Origin: Mobula hypostoma
Taxonomy: Eukaryota
NCBI RefSeq assembly: GCF_963921235.1
Contig: NW_026948141.1
Location: forward strand, 62,001-126,000
DNA: 64,000 bases
Reading direction: 5' to 3'
Shown here one piece after another: positions 63,358-64,000 of this stretch. The notes under the pieces are model-generated. The model saw only the letters and a program-made list of their open reading frames with translations, did no database searches and was not told the DNA's origin. Numbering within the stretch: position 1 is the first letter of the stretch; every line of letters begins with the position of its first letter. The translations under genes were made by a program, and so were the position numbers.

Positions 63358-63628
63358 GACACCATGGTAGCATAGCTGTTAGCACCACTCTAACATAGCT
63401 GAGAGCGTCAGAGTTCAATTCTGGCATCCTCTAAGAAAGTCTGTATGTTCTCCCTGTGAACCCATGGGTTTTCTCCGGGTGCTTTGGTTTCCTCCCACCA
63501 TCCAAAGATGTACCAGTTAGTAGGTTAATTGTAAATTGTCCTGTGATTAGGCTAGGGTGGGTTGCTGGGCAGTGCGACACATTGAGCCAGAAGGCCCTGT
63601 GCAGCGCTGTATCTCTAAATAAATAAAT
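63358..63628 (+). mobile_element. V-SINE (HE1-like)
   Basis: Same organisation as 14072-14350. Confidence 0.85.
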
Positions 63629-64000
63629 GATCGGACCCTAAGAGCACTGGGTTGCTGCAAACACCCAACAAGTTTGGTGAAGGAAGTCCACTGTCCTTAT
63701 TAATCCAGTTTTAGAGTAACGAGGGCTGGCCAGTAAATGCTGTACTCGTACATGATGCCTGGATCTGAATAATGAATGAAAACAACAGGTGGATGATCCT
63801 GCATAGGAAAGAGAGCAGCTGATAAAGCATTTATATACTTTGTTCTGTATGATATTTAAGCCTTTTTGAATTGTGTAGGAATGTGAAAGGCATTAAGAGC
63901 TCAGTCGATGGACTCCTGGGATGATTGAGGGAATGTTGCAGAATCCCTGTTTCAAATTCCAGCCTCCCAGACTGCTGTACAGATACACACTGCAATTTAC

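Overview
Vertebrate genomic DNA, probably a cartilaginous fish (inferred from the dense CR1 LINEs, V-SINE/HE1-type SINEs, Rex1/Babar LINEs and Penelope fragments; not proven). The only host-gene sequence I can support is two + strand coding exons of LRRC56 (33222-33318 and 62278-62475) separated by a ~29 kb intron. Most of the rest is nested, decayed transposable elements. These include a near full-length CR1 (zinc finger + SGNH esterase ORF1; APE-RT ORF2) split by a Rex1/Babar LINE, and a Tc1 transposon split by CR1s and an RTE fragment. Highlights: (1) two short ORF-less RTE-related families whose 5' ends fold by hand into P4-less HDV/CPEB3-like ribozymes, one with an apparent hairpin inserted in loop L3; (2) a dead Rex1/Babar LINE whose RT coding sequence seeded two minisatellites and was then triplicated into a ~9 kb macrosatellite, with microhomologies visible at the junctions; (3) short Penelope-derived inserts carrying minimal hammerhead ribozyme motifs, TSDs and inverted 5' pieces; (4) repeated breakpoints at the CR1 'DFSKAFDKVP' motif. 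RNA folds were done by eye, and many TE boundaries are approximate (to tens of bp).
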